Assembly: GCA_963763775.1 (NCBI GenBank)
Contig: CAVXPZ010000001.1
Location: forward strand, 608,001-672,000
Direction: 5' to 3'
Length of the DNA stretch: 64,000 nt
Source: an uncultured Chloroflexia bacterium
GTDB taxonomy: Bacteria > Chloroflexota > Limnocylindria > Limnocylindrales > CSP1-4
Shown here: positions 41,081-52,961 of the stretch, one piece after another
How positions within the stretch are numbered: the first letter of the stretch is position 1
How the letters are laid out: each line of letters opens with the position of its first letter
The notes under the pieces: generated by a model
The model's input: only the letters and a program-made list of their open reading frames with translations
The model's database searches: none
What the model was told of the DNA's origin: nothing
Program-made: the position numbers and the translations under genes

Positions 41081-42041
41081 TCAGGCCCTCGGATGGGCCC
41101 GACTGTAGACATCCCGGATCCGCTCACCGGTCAGGTGCGTGTAGAGCTGGGTCGTGGAGATACTCGCATGTCCGAGCAACTCCTGGACGATCCGCAGGTC
41201 GGCCCCGCCCTCGAGCAGATGGGTCGCGAACGAGTGGCGCAGGGTGTGCGGGCTGACCCGGTCGTCGAGGCCCGCGCGACCGGCCGCCCCCTTGACGGCG
41301 GCCCAGGCCTGCTGTCGCGCAAGGCGACGGCCGCGGTCGCCGAGGAAGACCGGGCCGCCACGGGTCGGCGACGACGTGGTGGAGCGCGAGCAGGCGGTCG
41401 CGAGGACCGGCCTCCCAGCGCGCCAGCCAGTCGAGCGCCACGTCGCCCACCGGCACGAGCCGCTCCTTGTCGCCCTTGCCGATGACCCGCACGAACCCGC
41501 CGTCGACCGAGAGGTCCTCCCGGTCGAGCCGCAGCGCCTCGGTGATTCGGAGCCCGGCGGCGTACAGCAGCTCGAGGAGCGCGCGGTCGCGGAGCTGGCG
41601 GTCGAGGTCCGGCGCGTCGGGGTCGTCGCCGCCGGCGGCCTCGAGCAGCCGCTCGGTCTCCTCGACGGTCAGGGTCTCCGGCAGGAGTCGCGTCTGCTTC
41701 GGCAGGTCGAGGTGGCCGGCCACGTCCGCCTCGATCAGGCCCTCGCCGTACGCGAACCGGTAGAAGCCCTTCAGCGACGCCACGCGACGGCGGAGGCTCG
41801 TCGGGGCGAGCCCGGGGTCCAGCGGCCGCCCGCGACGGGCGCGCGCGGCGAGGTACGTGGTCGCCACGTCGGGTGAGCGCGACCAGCGCGCCGCGACCCC
41901 GGGCGCCGCGGCGAAATCGAGCAGGTCCGCCCGGTACGCGACGATCGTCGCGGGTGCCAGGCCACGCTCCACCGTGAGGTAGGTCAGGTACTCGTCGATC
42001 GCCCGCTCGAGCTCGGGCGCGGGCGCCGACGTCGGAGGCAT
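41081..42041 (-). CDS. xerD: Tyrosine recombinase XerD-like (indels near 41365 and 41165)
   Basis: [52 protein letters not shown]. Confidence 0.9.
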
Positions 42042-42045
42042 GAGG

Positions 42046-43756
42046 TCAGGACGCCGTCGCGACCTCGCCGCGCCACGACTCGGCACGGTCGAGGAGCTCT
42101 CGGGCCGCGGCCAATCCGGCCGCCGTGCCGTCGCCGCTCGCGTCCGCGCTGCCCAGCATGTGGGCGAGCTCGACGATCCGGCCCTCGCGGTCGAGCCGCT
42201 CCACCTCGGTCACGGTGCGTCCGTCACGCTCACGCTTCGTGATCCGGAACTGGGCGTCGGCGTGCGCGGCGATCTGCGGCAGATGCGTGACGCACAGGAC
42301 CTGATGGCGACGAGCGAGGGTCCAGAGGCTCCGGCCGACCGGGTCGGCACTCCGGCCGCCGATGCCCGTGTCGACCTCGTCGAAGACGAGGGTCGGGGTC
42401 TCGTCGGCCTCCGCGAGGACCTGCTTGATCGCAAGTGCCACGCGGGACAATTCTCCGCCCGAGGCGATCCTCGCCAACGGCCGGCGCGGCTCGCCGGCGT
42501 TCGGGGCCAGTCGGTACACGACCTGGTCGATGCCCGACGCATCGAAGGCGACCGCGTCGCCGTCGAGCTCGATGGCCGGCTCGGTCGGGCCCGCGGGTCG
42601 CCGGCCGAGCGAGACGTCGAACACGTCAGCCGGGAACCCGAGCTCGACGAGCACCGCGCCGACCGCCGAGGCGAGGATCCCGCCCGCCCCCGCCCGTGCC
42701 GCCGAGAGGGCCGCCGCCGCACGAGCGACCGCCTCGAGGAGGCGGGCATCGTCGGCTTCCCGAGCCGCACGCTCCACGTCGACGCCGCGAAGGCGTTGGG
42801 CCTCCTCGAGCGCGCGTTCCCCGTGCGCGACGACCGCCGCCTCGTCGTCGCCATACCGCCGTTCGAGACCGAAGATCGTCCCGAGCCGCTCCTCCATCGT
42901 GGCGATGGCGGCCGGATCGTGCTCGACGGTCTCGGCGAGCGACCGCGCTTCGGCCGCCACGTCGGCGAGCTCCGCCTCCAGCCCACCCAGACGCTCGGCG
43001 AGCGGCCTCGAACCGCGGGTCCACGCGCGCGATGCCCCGCGCCTCGCGGAGGGCCACGGCGGCGCTCTCGCGGGCCCCGCCGCCTTCCGCGGTCAGCGCT
43101 TCGTGGACGGCCGCGGCGCCCCGCGCGATGGCCTCACCGTGCTGCGCGGCCGCGAGCCGTGACCGGATCTCGGCGGCCTCGCCCGGCCGGAGGCGCGCGG
43201 CCGCGATCTCGGCCGCCTCGTACTCCAGGACCTCGAGCCGACGCGCGAGCTCGCGGGGATCCACGACGAGCGCGTCCAGCGCGTCCCGATTGGCCCGCCA
43301 CGCGTCCACGGCCGACGCCATCGCGCTCCGGAGCCCTTCGTGGCCACCGAACGCGTCCAGCAGGTCCCGCTGCCAACGCCCGTCGAGGAGCCGCTGCTGA
43401 TCGTGCTGGCCGTGGACCTCGACGAGTGGCCCGACCTCCTCGCCGAGACGGGCGGCGGTGACCGCGTCGTCGTCGAGGCGCGCGGTCGACCGGCCGCTCG
43501 CCGCGACCTCGCGCACGGCGATGATCGGTTCGGGCAACCGGTCGAACAGGGCCTCGACCCGTGCGGCCTCCGCCCCGTGGCGGACCAGGGACGTGTCCGC
43601 CCGCGCGCCGGTCACGAGTCCCAGGGCGTCGATGATGAGGCTCTTCCCTGCCCCGGTCTCCCCGGTCAGGACGTTGAAGCCGGGCTCCAGCCCGAGTCGC
43701 ACCCGCTCGATGACCGCGAGATCGGTGACCGTGAGTTCGAGCAGCCGTCCGGTCAC
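42046..43756 (-). CDS. recN: DNA repair protein RecN (indel near 43000)
   Basis: LTGETGAGKS, VHGQHD, IASGGELSR, FDEVDTG, VTHLPQIAA. Confidence 0.94.
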
Positions 43757-44599
43757 GACGGGAGCAGCGCCACCTTGCGCCGCAGGAGGTCCCAGAACGG
43801 GAGGGCGCCGGCCGGCTCGATGAGGCGCAGCGGCCGTTCGACGGCGCGGACCTCGACGACGTCGCCCGACCTGGATCGGATAGTCCTCGCGGCCGTCGAT
43901 CGAGACGAGCGCCTCGTTCGCGTCCACGACGCGACAGCGGACGACCTGCTGCGGGCTGACCACGACCGAGCGGATCGCCGAGAGGTAGGCCGCGATCGGC
44001 GTCACGACGAGATTACGACTGACCGGGTCGAGGATCGGGCCCCCGGCCGAGAACGAGTACCCGGTGGATCCGGTCGGGCTGGACACGACGAGGCCGTCCG
44101 CGACGAACGTCGCGAGGTGCGTGTCGTCGATCGCGACATCGAGCCGGCAGACGCGTGCCAGCGCCCCGCGAGCGACGACGAAATCGTTGAGGGCGACGTG
44201 GCGGAGCTCGTCGATCGGCTGGCCGTCGCGGAGGATCCGCCCTTCGAGCGCCATCCGCTCGTCGATGCGGTGGTCCCCGGCCACGATGCTCGCCAGCACG
44301 GTGTCGAGGTCGCCGGCCTCCGCCTTCGAGAGGAACCCGACCTTGCCGAGGTTGATCCCCAGGATCGGCACGTCCACCTCGGCGATGGCGCGCGCGGCGC
44401 GAAGGAACGTGCCGTCGCCGCCCAGCACGACCAGCGCGTCGGACGTCGGGAGCTGTTCGAGGAGCGCGGGCAGGTCGCCGGCCTGCGCCTGCCATTGGTC
44501 GACGCCGTGGACGCGGCACCAGCCGGCGGCGCGCGCGCTGAGGTCGATCGCCGCCTCGATGGTGGGGTTGTAGGCGAAGCCGATGCGCTTGACGCTCAT
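43753..44599 (-). CDS. nadK: NAD kinase (indel near 43865)
   Basis: GGDGTFL, NLGKVGFL, ALND, DGLVVSSPTGSTGYS.SAGGP. Confidence 0.94.
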
Positions 44600-45410
44600 C
44601 CGGTGGTCACCGCAGCGATCCGGTCCGGGATCTCGGCGCAGCCGGGGCCCGGCGCCAGGTGGACGAGGAACTCGCGGTTCCCCTCCGGTCCGAGGATGGG
44701 CGAGGCGATGACGTCGCGTGTCCCGAGCCCGAGGTCCTGCGCCTGGGCGGTCACTCGCTCGAGGACCTCGCGGTGGACGCTGGGGTCGCGGACGACGCCG
44801 TGGTCGGTCCGGCCCTTGCCGGCCTCGAACTGCGGCTTCACGAGCGCCACGATCCCGCCGCACGCGGCGCCAGCGTCGACATCACCGGGCCGAGGACCTT
44901 GCTGAGCGAGATGAACGACACGTCGATGGTCACGAGGGCGACCGGCTCTGGCAGCGCCCCGGCCGTCAGCGTCCGGGCATTGGTGCGCTCCATCGAGACG
45001 ACCCGCGAGTCGCGACGGAGCGAGTCGGCCAGCTGTCCGCGTCCCACATCGAGAGCGTAGACGCGGGTCGCGCCGCGCTGCAACAGGACGTCCGTGAACC
45101 CGCCGGTCGAGGCGCCGACGTCGAGGCAGACCACACCGGCCGGGTCGATCCCGAACGCGTCGAGCGCCGCCGCCAGCTTGTGGCCGCCGCGGCTGACGTA
45201 CGGCTCGGGCACCGCGACCTCGACCGGGGTGGCGGCATCCACGAGATCGCCCGGCTTGCGATCCAGGCGGGCGCCGTCCCCCTCCCCCACTCGGACCTTC
45301 CCGGCGAGCACGAGCGCCTGGGCGCGGCTTCGCGTCTCGACCAGCCCACGGTCGACGAGCAGCTGGTCGAGCCGGATCCGCTGGACCTTCGGCGAGGATG
45401 CGGGACTCAC
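44596..45410 (-). CDS. tlyA: TlyA-family rRNA methyltransferase (indel near 44855)
   Basis: RLDQLL S4 domain, [38 protein letters not shown]. Confidence 0.94.
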
Positions 45411-45453
45411 GCCCCTATCGTGGCACAGCCCGCTGCACGCGGACTCAACAGCC

Positions 45454-46236
45454 CTACGCGCCGACGGCCACCAGCAGGAAGTCCGTGCCGAAGGCGACGA
45501 GGAGGCCGACCAGGAGCGCGACGTTGGCGGCGGTCGGCTGCGCGAACTTCCGCGACGTCGCCATCATCTCGTTGAAGACGAAGATCAGGGCGCCCGCGGC
45601 CAGCCCGAGGAAGACGATCGACAGTAACGGCGACGTGAACGAGTAGCCGATCACGCCGCCGACGAACGTCGGGCCGCCACCGATCAGCCCCAGGAGCGCC
45701 AGGAACGCCCACGTCGGCCGCGTGCCCGTCGTCAGCGGCGCCGCGATGCCGAAACCCTCGGTGGCGTTGTGCAGCGCGAACCCGATCGCGAGGATGATCG
45801 CGAACGACGTCGCTCCGGTCACCGCCGACTGCCCGATCGCGAGGCCTTCGGAGAAGTTGTGGAGCCCGAGGCCGATCGCGGTCCCGAGCGCGATGTCGTG
45901 CGCGGAGACGCCCTCGATCCGGCGGTTCCGGAATTGCCCGGTCACCCAGACCAGGGACAGGAGACCGACCGCGATGGACAGCCCGAAGGCCGTCAGGTTG
46001 ACGATGAAGTCGCTCGTCGGACCCTCGCCCGAGGTGGCCGCCTCGAGCGACGCCTCGACCGGCTCCACCGCCTGCGCGAGGATGTCCCAGATCAGGAACA
46101 GGATCACGCCGGCTGCGGCCGTCGTCAGGATGGCCTGCGTGCGGGTCGAAAGGTTCCGCAGCCGACCGACGGGCAGCCCGAGGTAGATGGTCAGACCGGC
46201 GAAGGCAGCGAGCAGTACGGTCTGTTCGAAGGTCAC
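45454..46236 (-). CDS. ZIP-family metal transporter
   Basis: [12 protein letters not shown] and [11 protein letters not shown] motifs. Confidence 0.92.
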   Translation of the reverse strand: MTFEQTVLLAAFAGLTIYLGLPVGRLRNLSTRTQAILTTAAAGVILFLIWDILAQAVEPVEASLEAATSGEGPTSDFIVNLTAFGLSIAVGLLSLVWVTGQFRNRRIEGVSAHDIALGTAIGLGLHNFSEGLAIGQSAVTGATSFAIILAIGFALHNATEGFGIAAPLTTGTRPTWAFLALLGLIGGGPTFVGGVIGYSFTSPLLSIVFLGLAAGALIFVFNEMMATSRKFAQPTAANVALLVGLLVAFGTDFLLVAVGA

Positions 46237-46269
46237 GGTCTCTCCGGGGACGGTTTGGGGAACCCTCGG

Positions 46270-46298
46270 AATCTAGGACCACCGGTCCGTCGCGTCAA
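46270..46298 (-). promoter_or_regulatory. Sigma70-type promoter of the ZIP gene
   Basis: TTGACG-N17-TAGATT on the minus strand. Confidence 0.7.
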
Positions 46299-46345
46299 GG
46301 CACCTTGTCACTAGAGCGCTAGGCGCCTTGCACCTGGATCCGGGA

Positions 46346-47056
46346 CTAGGACCCTGGCCCGATCGACCAGGCGCCCGCGGCGCGGATCTCGAGCAGCGTG
46401 GTCTCGACGGGGAGCTTGACCTGGCCCTTGACGGGACCGCGCCCGTTGAAGAGCTCGACGTCGTCCTCGTCGGAGTGCGCGCGAAGGACGAACCGCGTCT
46501 TCCCGGTCGATCGCATCGCGACGGTGTCGCCGTCGGCACTCGGCGCCGCGAGGCGGACGAGCGCGTCGCCCTTGCCCTTCAGCGTGGATGTCCCATCCCA
46601 GGTGGTCGCGCCCGTGACCGGCTGGACCGCGATCGACCACGGCCCTTTCGCGTGCACCTTGAACGCCACGCTGTGGGCGTCGAGGTCGAACAGCACGACG
46701 CCCTTGTACTTGCCGTTGACCTTCGCGAGGGTGCCGGTCTCGGCTCCGGTCTCATCGAGCGCGCGGACGTCGAACACGCCGCCACCCGGATGGGAGAGCG
46801 CGGCGATCCCGACCGCGTCGTCGGGGATCTCGAAGGACACCGTCTTGTCGCCCTTGCCTTTGAGCGTGATCGGGTCGAAGAGGGTCGGCTCCCCTGCCCC
46901 GGCAAGGATCGGGGTCGGTTCGGGCGTGCTCGCGGTCCCGCTCGTCGGACCGGGCCGGGCCGACCCGGTGGCCCCCGACGGTGACGGGGTCTCGCTGCCG
47001 CAGGCGGCGACGAGGAGGACGAGGACGAGCGATCCGAGCGCGGACCATCGCTTCAT
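46346..47056 (-). CDS. Lipoprotein with two beta-sandwich repeats
   Basis: LLVAAC lipobox, Pro/Thr/Ser linker, two LKGKGD...A.G.WSI repeats. Confidence 0.8.
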   Translation of the reverse strand: MKRWSALGSLVLVLLVAACGSETPSPSGATGSARPGPTSGTASTPEPTPILAGAGEPTLFDPITLKGKGDKTVSFEIPDDAVGIAALSHPGGGVFDVRALDETGAETGTLAKVNGKYKGVVLFDLDAHSVAFKVHAKGPWSIAVQPVTGATTWDGTSTLKGKGDALVRLAAPSADGDTVAMRSTGKTRFVLRAHSDEDDVELFNGRGPVKGQVKLPVETTLLEIRAAGAWSIGPGS

Positions 47057-47148
47057 TCGCGGCACCCTACCGCCGGCGTGGCGACGATGCAGCCCTCCGA
47101 ACGGGAGTCTGTTGCCGCGAGGCACCGGGCCGCGCCCGCCGGCCGCCC

Positions 47149-49123
47149 TCAGCCGCCCGTCCCCGCCTTCGACCGACTGGGCGCCGCCTGCAGGACCTCG
47201 AGGGTGTCCCGGACCTGCCCCGCGAGGCCCGTGGCATCGAGGCGCAGCACCCGGCGGAGGTCCTTCACGGACCCGTGGTCGACGAAGCGGTCCCCGGGGA
47301 TCCCCACGATCCGGACGGCGACGTCGCGCAAGGCCGGGTCCGTCAGTCGAGCCTCCTCGATCAGGTCGAGGACGCCGCTCCCGAAGCCGCCGGTGACGAC
47401 GCTCTCCTCGAACGTCACGACGAGTCGCTTGCCGCGCGCGCCGTCGAGGATCAGCTGGCCGTCGAGCGGCTTGGCGAACCGCGCGTTGATGACGCCGATC
47501 GACCAGCCCTCGGCCGTGAGGGCGTCGGCGGCCTCCATGGCGCGCGCGACGATCGGCCCGAAGCCGACGAACAGCAGGTCGCGGCCCTCGCGGAGCACCT
47601 CGCCGCGACCGATCGGCAGGATCGCGGGCTCGACCGGGGCCAGACCGAAGCCCGCGTCGCGCGGGTAGTGGAGCGCGAACGGGTGGTCCTGGCTGAACGC
47701 GGTCCGCACGAGCGAGCGCAGCTCCTGCTCGTCGCGCGGCGAGGCGATGACGAGGTTCGGCAGCTGCCGCTGCGCCGGCAGGGTGAACATGCCCTGGTGG
47801 CTCGTGCCGTCCTCGCCGACGAGCCCGGCGCGGTCGACGGCGATGACGACCGGCTGGTCGTTCTGGCACACGTCGTGCACGGTCTGGTCGAACGCCCGCT
47901 GGAGGAACGTCGAGTACAGGGCGACCACCGGCCGCATCCCGCCGAGCGCGAGCCCGGTCGCGAGCGTCACCGCGTGCTGCTCGGCGATGCCGACATCGAA
48001 GAAGCGGTCCGGGAACTCGGCCTCGAAGCGGGACAGCCCCGTGCCGGTCGGCATGCCGGCGGTGATCCCGACGATGCGCCGATCGGTCTTCGCGAGCTCG
48101 ACCAATTCGGAGGCGAAGACGGCGGTGTAGTTCGGCTGCTTGGCGGGCGCCTCGTGGACGACCGCCGGCGGGGCGGCGTCGTCGGACATCGATTCGGTGG
48201 GGAGGAGCGGCGCCATCGGTGGCAGGGCCGCGCCATGGAAGCTCACCTGGTCGGCCTCGGCCGGGCGGAACCCCCGGCCCTTCTGCGTTCGGACGTGCAC
48301 GATCGTCGGACCCGGCAGCGCCAGCGCGCGGCCGATCGTCTCGAGGAGCGCGTGGATGTCGTGGCCCGGGACGACCCCGATGTAGGTGATCCCGAGGTCC
48401 TCGAACAGCTGGCCGGGCTGCGCGAAACGCACGACCGAGGCTCGGAGACGCCGGGACAGCTCCAGGACGTGCGGCCCGACGACGGGGATGCGCTCGACGC
48501 GTCGAGTCGTACGCGCTCTTGCCGTGCTGCCAGGCGCTCGAGAGCTTGATCTGGCTGAGGTACTTCGAGAAGGCCCCGACGGTGGGGCTGATCGACATCT
48601 CGTTGTCGTTGACCACGATGAGCATCTGGGTCTGGCGATGCCCGATGTCGTTGAGCGCCTCGAGCGACAGGCCGCTCATCAGGGCCGCGTCGCCGACCAC
48701 GACCGCGATGCGCTCCAGGCCGTGCCGGAGGTCGCGGGCTTCGGCGAGCCCCTCGGCGATCGAGAGGCCGGTGCCGGCGTGCCCGCCGTCGAAGACGTCG
48801 TGTGGCGACTCGGTCCGACGCGGGAAGCCGCCCACGCCGTCGAGCTGCCGGAGCGTGCCGAACCGTTCGAGCCGTCCGGTCAGGAGCTTGTGCGGGTACG
48901 CCTGGTGCCCGGTGTCCCACACGATCCGGTCACGGGGCGACTCGAGGAGCCGATGGAGCGCCAGCGTGAGCTCGACCACGCCGAGCGATGACCCGAGATG
49001 CCCGCCGGTGACGGCGACGGTCTCGATGATCGTCTCGCGGATCTCGAGCGCGAGCTGGGCGAGCTGGACCTCGTCGAGACCACGGAGGTCAGCGGGCCCG
49101 GTGAGGTCGGGGAGGATCGGCAC
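47149..49123 (-). CDS. dxs: 1-deoxy-D-xylulose-5-phosphate synthase (indels about 48440-48500)
   Basis: GGHLGSSLG, WDTGHQAYPHK, GDAAL, NDNEMSI, DVGIAEQHA, DRAGLVGEDG.SHQG. Confidence 0.95.
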
Positions 49124-49264
49124 GACGGCGGACTCCTTGGCGCGTGGTCGGAGCGTCGGTTGGCAGTGTAAACCTGTTCCCTGCAGGTGGCGGGTTTCCC
49201 GGCGACGGCCGGGTGCTACGTTGGGCAGGTTCGCGACTGGGACGGATTCGCTGAGGAGCACGTG

Positions 49265-50654
49265 ATGGATGGATCGGTCATCGACGAGCTGCGACGGTCG
49301 ATCCACGGCCGCGTGGTGACGCCCGCGGACGACGACTTCGATGACGTGCGGCAGACCTTCAACGCGACGGTCGCTCGCCGACCGCCGGTGATCGTGCAGG
49401 CGGCTGACGCCGACGACGTGGTCACCGCCGTGCGGGTGGCCGCCGCTGCCGGGTTGCCGATCGCCGTCCGCGGCGGCGGCCACAGCGTGGCGGGGCACGC
49501 GATCGCCGAGGACGCCGTCAACATCGATCTCCGCCGGATGCGTGGCGTGAGCGTCGATCCCGCCACGCGCCGGGCCCGCGTCCAGGGCGGCGCGCTCTGG
49601 GAGGACGTGGACCGGGCGACGATGCCGCACGACCTGGCCACCACGGGCGGCACGTTCTGGGACACCGGCGTCGGCGGGCTGACGCTCTCCGGCGGCCTCG
49701 GATACCTGATGGGTACGGCCGGGCTCACCTGCGACAACCTGATGCGGGCGACGGTCGTCACCGCGTCGGGCGAGGTCGTGGAAGCCGGTCCGGCGGGCGA
49801 TCCGGAGCTGCTGTGGGCGCTGCGCGGCGGCGGCGGCAACTTCGGGGTCGTCACCGAGTTCGAGTTCCAGCTCCACCCCATCGGGTCGTGGCAGGTGGGT
49901 CGCTACGTGGCGCCCCTGGACGGTGGGGCCGACGCCCTCGTGGCCCTCGCCGACTACGTGCGCCAGATGCCCGACGAGATCGTCATGTTCGTCGAGGGCC
50001 CGTCCGCGGCCACACCGGCACCGATCGGGGAGGATGCGACCGGTCCCTTCGACCACATCGTCTGCTCCCTGATCTTCCAGGGCACGTCGGCCGAGGCCGA
50101 GGCCGCGTTCGCGCCGCTGGCCGCGACGCCGTACTGGAGCGGCGAGGTCAAGACCGAGACCTATGAAGCCATCCAGAGCGACGGCGTCCTGCCGTTCGGC
50201 CTGCGCCACTACTGGAAGGGCTATTTCCTGCGCGATGTCGACCGGTCCGCGGCCGAGGCGATCACCGAGGCGATGCGGACGCGGCCGCAGTACCCGTCGT
50301 TCGTGCTCTTCGAGGCGATCAACGGACGAGCGCGGGTCGAACCCGAGGGTGGCGCCGCCTTCGGCCAGCGCGAGGCCCGCTGGAACGTCAGTGCCATCGC
50401 GATCTGGGAAGACCCCGCGGACGACGACGCGCACGTGGCGTGGGCGCGGCAGACCGCCGCCGCGCATCGCCCCGTCGTCCTACAGCGGCGCCGGCTACGG
50501 GAACTACGCCTCGGCCGACGAGACGGCCGAGCGGGTGCGCGCGGGGTACGGCCCTGAGCGGTTCGCGCGGCTCCAGGCGGTCAAGCGCCGCTACGACCCG
50601 GACAACCGGTTCCGGTTCAACCTCAACGTGCCGCCAGGTCCGCCAGCTTCGTGA
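49265..50654 (+). CDS. FAD-binding oxidoreductase, BBE-like (indel near 50465)
   Basis: RGGGHS, GVGGLTL.GG.G, WALRGGGGNFGVVT, Y.NY, RL..VK.RYDPDN.F. Confidence 0.92.
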
Positions 50655-51168
50655 CGGTGTTCCAGTTGCGCGAGGTCGAGGTGACGCCGAGCCGTCGTTC
50701 GATGACGTCGTTCGTGAGCCGCGAGCGGCCGGCACCGTCGCGATACCAGACGTAGAGCGCTCGCTCGCCGAGCCGGATGACGTCCGGCGCGAATCGGTCC
50801 TGGTCGATGGTGTCGAAGCGGCCTGGCGCTGGATCGCCGGACAGGAACGCCACGTGGAGCTTCGACGGCTCCGCGACCCCGTCCGGCAGCGGGTTGGCCG
50901 CGATGACGCGCCCGAGGTCCGCGCCCGTCCGGACGAGCACCGCGACGGACAGGCCGAGTCGCGCCAGGATGGCCGCCTCGATCGTCGCGGCGACCGCGTC
51001 CGGGTCATGCGGGTCGTCATCGACGGTCAGGAGCGCGTTGCCGCTCTGGAGGAGCGTCTCGACGTCGCGATAACCGGCATCGGTCAGGAGTGACCGCAGG
51101 TCGGCCATCGCGACCCGCTTGTTGCCGCCCACGTTGATGCCCCGCAGGAGCGCGACCAGGCGCGTCAC
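50623..51168 (-). CDS. DUF1697 family protein
   Basis: VALLRGINVGG, LQSGN, SRNWNTV.KL. Confidence 0.92.
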   Translation of the reverse strand: MTRLVALLRGINVGGNKRVAMADLRSLLTDAGYRDVETLLQSGNALLTVDDDPHDPDAVAATIEAAILARLGLSVAVLVRTGADLGRVIAANPLPDGVAEPSKLHVAFLSGDPAPGRFDTIDQDRFAPDVIRLGERALYVWYRDGAGRSRLTNDVIERRLGVTSTSRNWNTVTKLADLAAR

Positions 51169-51183
51169 GCGGCGAGCTCGTCG

Positions 51184-51459
51184 CTAGCCGTTGGGTTCGT
51201 CGATCGCCTCGTCGGGTGCGACCGGGCGGGTCTCGAGGGTGCCGCCGGCGCGCGACACGAGCTGCTCGAGCCGCAGTTGCGCGTCGTTCAGCAGGCGGTC
51301 GCAGCGGTCGATGAGCGCCGCGCCACGCTCGTGGAGCGTGAGGGCCTCCTCCAGCGGCTGGCCGCCGGCCTCGAGCTCCGCCACCGTCCGCTGGAGCTCC
51401 GCGAGGGCGTCATCGAAGGCGAGGTCCTCGACGCGTGGCGGCTGGGCGGCGTCGTTCAC
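51184..51459 (-). CDS. xseB: Exodeoxyribonuclease VII small subunit
   Basis: FDDALAELQ..V..LE.G..PLEEAL.L.ERG..L...C. Confidence 0.92.
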   Translation of the reverse strand: MNDAAQPPRVEDLAFDDALAELQRTVAELEAGGQPLEEALTLHERGAALIDRCDRLLNDAQLRLEQLVSRAGGTLETRPVAPDEAIDEPNG

Positions 51460-51584
51460 GAGGGCTCCTCGTCGTCATCGTCACGGGAGGCGAGCCGGCC
51501 GATCGCCGGTGCCAGCATCATACCGAGCCGCACCCCGACGACGGCGAGCACGGCCACGAGGCCGAGGAAGATCAGCAGGTCCAT
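51456..51584 (-). CDS. 42-aa single-TM protein (absent from the ORF track)
   Basis: MDLLIFLGLVAVLAVVGVRLGMMLAPAIGRLASRDDDDEEPS*; stop overlaps the xseB GTG (GTGA). Confidence 0.7.
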   Translation of the reverse strand: MDLLIFLGLVAVLAVVGVRLGMMLAPAIGRLASRDDDDEEPS

Positions 51585-51596
51585 CCGTCGCCGACC

Positions 51597-52949
51597 CTAC
51601 CCGGCCGACTCGTCCACGGTCGCGCCGATCGTGCCGGTCGCGACGCGGATGTCGACGCCGGTCCCGACCGGGGCGTCGCCGGCGGCCCGGATGATGGCCC
51701 CGTCCGGGCGGCGCCGGACGATCGCGTAGCCGCGGTCGAGGGTCGCCTGCGGACCGAGGACGGCGAGCGCCGCCGCCGACGCATCGAGCGAGGCTCGGGC
51801 CGCCGTCAGGCGACCCTGGGTGAGCCGTGGCAGGACCGAGGCGGCGCGCTCGAGGCGACCGCGATCCCGGCCGAGCCGCGCATCGAGGGCGCGTGTGGCG
51901 CGGTCGAAGAGCAGGCCGACCTGCTCTCGTGACGCCACGAGTCGATTGGCCGGGCCGACGCGCTCCAGCGCCCGTCGTTCCGCCGAGAGATCGCGGGTCG
52001 CGCTGGACAGGCGCGCCGCCGTGACGGCCGAGAGTCGCGCCCCGGCCCGGCGGAGCGCCGCCGACATCTCGGTCCGGTCGGGGACGACGATCTCGGCGGC
52101 CGCGGACGGGGTCGGCGCCCGGACGTCCGCCGCGAAGTCCGCGAGGGTCACGTCGATCTCGTGCCCGACGCCGCAGACCACGGGGATCGGGTGGCCGACG
52201 ACCGCGCGCACGACGCGCTCGTCGTTGAACGACCAGAGGTCCTCGAGCGAGCCGCCGCCTCGCGCCAGGATCGTGACCTGGGGCGCCTCGACGGCGCGGC
52301 CCGCGGCGACCAGCTCGTCCCGATGACGCTCGAGCCGGCGGAACGCGGACACGATGCTCGCCGGCGCTTCCTCGCCCTGGACCTTGGTCGGCACGAGCAG
52401 CACCCGGGCGATCGGCCAGCGGCGCGCGAGGACCGTGACGATGTCCTTCCAGACCGCCCCGGTCGGGCTGGTGATGACGGCGATCGTCCCCGGGCGGGTA
52501 GGAAGCGGGCGCTTCCGCGCCGGGTCGAAGAGGCCCTCGGCGGCAAGTCGGGCCTTCAGCTCCTCGAAGCGGAGGGCGAGGTCCCCCACCCCGGCCGGCT
52601 GGAGCGCCTCGACGTAGAGCTGCAGGGCACCCTGCGGCTCGAAGAGGTCCATCCGCCCGTGCGCGACCACACGGAGCCCGGCGCGCGCCTCGAACACCGA
52701 CCGGAGGCGGTCGTCACGGAACCACACGCACTGGAGCTGGCTGCGCTCGTCCTTGAGCGTGAAGTAGGCGTGACCGGCCGACGAGATGGTGACGCGGCCG
52801 ATCTCGCCCTCGACCCACAGGTCCGCGAGGCGCGGGTCCTCGCGGATGGCGCCCTTGATCGCCCGGGTGACCTCGGTGACGCCGAGGATCCGGACGCCGA
52901 ACGTGCCAGGCGGGGTGACGCTCGCGGGCCGGGGATCGGCGGTGTCCAC
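51597..52949 (-). CDS. xseA: Exodeoxyribonuclease VII large subunit
   Basis: WVEGEI, GHAYFTLKD, ITSPTGA, RGGGSLEDLWSFN, GHEID, PTPSAAAE. Confidence 0.96.
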   Translation of the reverse strand: MDTADPRPASVTPPGTFGVRILGVTEVTRAIKGAIREDPRLADLWVEGEIGRVTISSAGHAYFTLKDERSQLQCVWFRDDRLRSVFEARAGLRVVAHGRMDLFEPQGALQLYVEALQPAGVGDLALRFEELKARLAAEGLFDPARKRPLPTRPGTIAVITSPTGAVWKDIVTVLARRWPIARVLLVPTKVQGEEAPASIVSAFRRLERHRDELVAAGRAVEAPQVTILARGGGSLEDLWSFNDERVVRAVVGHPIPVVCGVGHEIDVTLADFAADVRAPTPSAAAEIVVPDRTEMSAALRRAGARLSAVTAARLSSATRDLSAERRALERVGPANRLVASREQVGLLFDRATRALDARLGRDRGRLERAASVLPRLTQGRLTAARASLDASAAALAVLGPQATLDRGYAIVRRRPDGAIIRAAGDAPVGTGVDIRVATGTIGATVDESAG

Positions 52950-52961
52950 GGCAGGACCGGG

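Noticed and set aside
41081-42041. Tyrosine recombinase as a mobile-element integrase
   Set aside because: XerD-type sequence in the housekeeping recN...scpAB context, with no att sites or cargo.
42626-44863. NAD kinase-RecN fusion
   Set aside because: An indel near 43865 bypasses the nadK stop, which overlaps the recN GTG.
46346-50467. 1373-aa ORF
   Set aside because: Chimera of an antisense shadow, the dxs N-terminus, off-frame sequence and the lipoprotein gene.
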